Assembly (NCBI GenBank): GCA_049975265.1
Contig: JBNGDF010000043.1
Location: 1-16,840 of the forward strand
Source of the DNA: Fidelibacterota bacterium
GTDB lineage: Bacteria; Fidelibacterota; UBA2242
Length of the DNA stretch: 16,840 bases
Reading direction: 5' to 3'
Shown here: positions 14,365 through 16,840 of the stretch, piece after piece
Numbering within the stretch: position 1 is the stretch's first letter
Layout of the letters: the number at the start of each line of letters is the position of its first letter
The notes under the pieces: model-generated
What the model saw: the letters and a program-made list of their open reading frames with translations, nothing else
The model's database searches: none
What the model was told of the DNA's origin: nothing
Made by a program: the position numbers and the translations under genes

Positions 14365-16839
14365 GTGAAAATTTCCGCGATTCGGCTTCTAGCCCAATCC
14401 TTACGCATTGATATGATCGATAGTCCGCATTTAACGGATGAGATTGCCCGGTTTATCGAATCGCTGGAGAAGCGGGACCTGGCGGGAATTTTTCATTTAA
14501 CCTTCCATGCTAAATATCTTGAGGATCTGATTGAGTCCGATTCTTCCTGGTCTGCGAAAATTCGGAAACTATGTGAGGATAAGAAAATCCTCATTGGTCC
14601 CTGGTATCTTACCCCCAATGATTACCTTGCCAATGGCGAGTCACTGGTCCGCAATTTGTACTTTGGTAATAAAATTTGTTACCGGATTGGTAACGTCATG
14701 AAAGTCGGCTTTACCCGACCCTGCTTTGATCACAATTCGCAGCTGCCCCAGATATTCAATGGTTTCAATATCGACACAATCTATATCCCGGTCTCTACAT
14801 CACAACAGCTTCCACCGGAATTTATCTGGGAGGGCAGCGACGGGAGTAAATCGCTGGTTGTGGGGATTTTTCTGATTCAGGCGATTGATCAGATTAATTA
14901 TCGCATTCTCGATGATATTTGCCAGTATATTTTACGGGATGGTAAAGAGAGCTGCGGCAAGCCGGTTATTATTTTAGAGGACATCAAGGAAAATATCAGC
15001 GATGATTCGCGCGTGCAGGAAATTGTGCGGTACCTGGAAAAACAGGCAGATGTTCAGGTGGATTTTGTCTCGTTTCCCGATTATTTCTGGAATATTAAGG
15101 AGAATTTGAATATTAAATCCATCAGGACTCTGACCCGCAATGTCATTCCGAGAATGAAGACACCGTTTCAGGAAAGCCAGGTCAGATGTCACCGGATAAT
15201 TGTGAAAAATTCTCATGCAGAACAGAATCTGCAGTTTTATGGAGAGCCCTGGGACTGTATCCGGACACTTGTTCTGGGCGGATCTGTTAATAGCAACATT
15301 GACAGATTTTGGAAAATATTGTTAAGCCTGCAAGCCAGTCTGTACAACTGTCCCTATGATGACTATCAACTGAAGCGTATGACTCGCCATAAATACCTGG
15401 AGCTGATTAAGGAGATTGATGATCTCTATGCGGAAACGGTTCAGAAGATGTTGAATCATCTGCAGTTACCTGATGCTGAAGGTCAGCTCCATGTTTGCAT
15501 GGTTAATCCGCTACCCTTCTCACGCACACAGATCGTCAAGGTGCTTTTGGATATTCCGGCTGAAGTCGCCCGGGAATATATCGACATTGAGGACCTGTCA
15601 GGCAATAAGATTCCCTGTATTCAGATATCGAGGACAGAAGTCGCACCGGTTTTTGAAGACCAGGGCAGTGGCAATCGTGTCCAATACAACTGCATTCTCG
15701 AGCTGAAAAATATGCCGGCGCTGGGTTACAAAACCTACCGGATTGTGCCGGTCCGTAAGCCGGTGCGGCTTCAGAAAAAAAGTCTTTCACCGGATGCAAA
15801 TATCCTGGAAAATGATTTTCTGCGGGTTACCATCAACACCAACGGTACGTTTAATGTCTATTCGAAGGAAACCGGTGCTCAGTATCGTAATATGGGATAT
15901 TTCATTGACCGGGATATGACCAATGAGATCGAAGGCAAGCCGATTTCAGACCCGATCGACAGTCGGACACAGCAACCATCTGTTGTTAAGCTCGATGACA
16001 GTATTCTGCTCAGTTCCTATAAGATCGAATATACCTGGAGCAGGAACGGTATTGCAGAGCGTACCAAATTGTCGGTGATTTTGTCTTTGGACCGGCTTTC
16101 CCGTTTGCTGGATCTGAAAATTGATATTGTTGATAAGGCGGACAATCATCAGATTTGCTACTATTTTCCCATTAATTTTAATGTAGATCATGTCTATTCT
16201 GATACTCGTTTTGATATTCAGGATATTCTGCCGAAAAGAAATATTCGCGATTTGGAGCAGTATCCGGTTTTTCTGAGTTCTCTGGTGGGTATTTGTGACG
16301 AAGTTGCTGGATTTATCCTGGTTTGCAAGGAAATCCGTGCTGTCACGTTGACCACCAGGCGCAAACCGCATTTGGCAATGACCCTTCTGGATAAATACAA
16401 TGCGCATCTGGCTGCCAACGGAACGACTATTCTGAACTATTCCTTTGCGTTTTATCCCTATGTAGGTGGTCTGGAAAATGGACAGATCATCAATGATGCC
16501 TATAATAAAATATATGATGTCCGGGCACACCAGCTGTCGAATGCTAAAGGGGATTTGCCGACACAGATGGAGTTTCTGTCCTTATCGCCGTCGAGTCTCT
16601 GTTTTACAGCTCTAAAGATGAGGGCGGACGGTACTGTCCTGATGCGACTGTTTAATCCAACGGCGGAATTCGTGAATGGTCTGATTAGGACACACTATCC
16701 GCTGCAACATGCCTACAATCTGTCACTGGAAGAGTACAGGATTGAAAACATTGGGCTTAAGGATGATTACACTGTTCCGCTGCTGGTTCCACCCAAGAAG
16801 ATTGTAACGGTGGAGCTGGGGTTTAAAAATAGTGTGTAA
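14365..16839 (+). CDS. GH38 alpha-mannosidase-like (MngB-like) protein, 824 aa, catalytic motifs degenerate
   Basis: GTG start, stop TAA at 16837-16839. GH38 scaffold motifs: IGPWY, NGESLVRNL, QLPQIFNGFNID, EFIWEGSDGS, VNPLPFSR, MPALGYKTY, LENDFLRVTINTNGT, ALK...VLMRLFNP, LSLEE, PKKIVT. Confidence 0.85.
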   Translation: MKISAIRLLAQSLRIDMIDSPHLTDEIARFIESLEKRDLAGIFHLTFHAKYLEDLIESDSSWSAKIRKLCEDKKILIGPWYLTPNDYLANGESLVRNLYFGNKICYRIGNVMKVGFTRPCFDHNSQLPQIFNGFNIDTIYIPVSTSQQLPPEFIWEGSDGSKSLVVGIFLIQAIDQINYRILDDICQYILRDGKESCGKPVIILEDIKENISDDSRVQEIVRYLEKQADVQVDFVSFPDYFWNIKENLNIKSIRTLTRNVIPRMKTPFQESQVRCHRIIVKNSHAEQNLQFYGEPWDCIRTLVLGGSVNSNIDRFWKILLSLQASLYNCPYDDYQLKRMTRHKYLELIKEIDDLYAETVQKMLNHLQLPDAEGQLHVCMVNPLPFSRTQIVKVLLDIPAEVAREYIDIEDLSGNKIPCIQISRTEVAPVFEDQGSGNRVQYNCILELKNMPALGYKTYRIVPVRKPVRLQKKSLSPDANILENDFLRVTINTNGTFNVYSKETGAQYRNMGYFIDRDMTNEIEGKPISDPIDSRTQQPSVVKLDDSILLSSYKIEYTWSRNGIAERTKLSVILSLDRLSRLLDLKIDIVDKADNHQICYYFPINFNVDHVYSDTRFDIQDILPKRNIRDLEQYPVFLSSLVGICDEVAGFILVCKEIRAVTLTTRRKPHLAMTLLDKYNAHLAANGTTILNYSFAFYPYVGGLENGQIINDAYNKIYDVRAHQLSNAKGDLPTQMEFLSLSPSSLCFTALKMRADGTVLMRLFNPTAEFVNGLIRTHYPLQHAYNLSLEEYRIENIGLKDDYTVPLLVPPKKIVTVELGFKNSV

Positions 16840-16840
16840 A

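Noticed and set aside
521..16530. Numerous minus-strand and alternate-frame ORFs (for example 521-1003, 2297-2866, 15946-16530)
   Set aside because: They lie essentially within longer + strand genes and show no recognisable motifs; they are shadow ORFs.
1..16840. CRISPR arrays, IS elements, integrases, defence systems, rRNA
   Set aside because: No regularly spaced repeats, terminal inverted repeats around a transposase, or matching protein motifs were seen; nearly all sequence is accounted for by the listed genes.

Overview
Bacterial chromosomal window with all supported genes on the + strand. The protein style suggests an FCB-superphylum lineage such as Marinimicrobia or relatives, which is an inference only. 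Positions 1-12.6 kb hold a tightly packed housekeeping operon: sigma70 promoter and a terminator-like rimP leader, then rimP, nusA, infB, DUF503/ylxP, rbfA, truB, ribF, rpsO, pnp, an M16 peptidase, an alanine-type aminotransferase and a CE4 polysaccharide deacetylase. Next come a MerR-type HTH gene with its own near-consensus promoter, tRNA-Pro(GGG) and a terminator. The last 3.5 kb is more AT-rich and encodes two intact glycosidase-fold proteins, a GHL10-like TIM barrel and a full-length GH38 alpha-mannosidase-like protein. Both appear to have lost their catalytic or metal-binding residues, making this candidate pseudo-glycosidase pair the most unusual feature. The deacetylase gene also lacks an in-frame canonical start upstream of its conserved N-terminal motif, pointing to an ATT start or an A6/A7 slip. 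No mobile element, CRISPR array or rRNA was seen.
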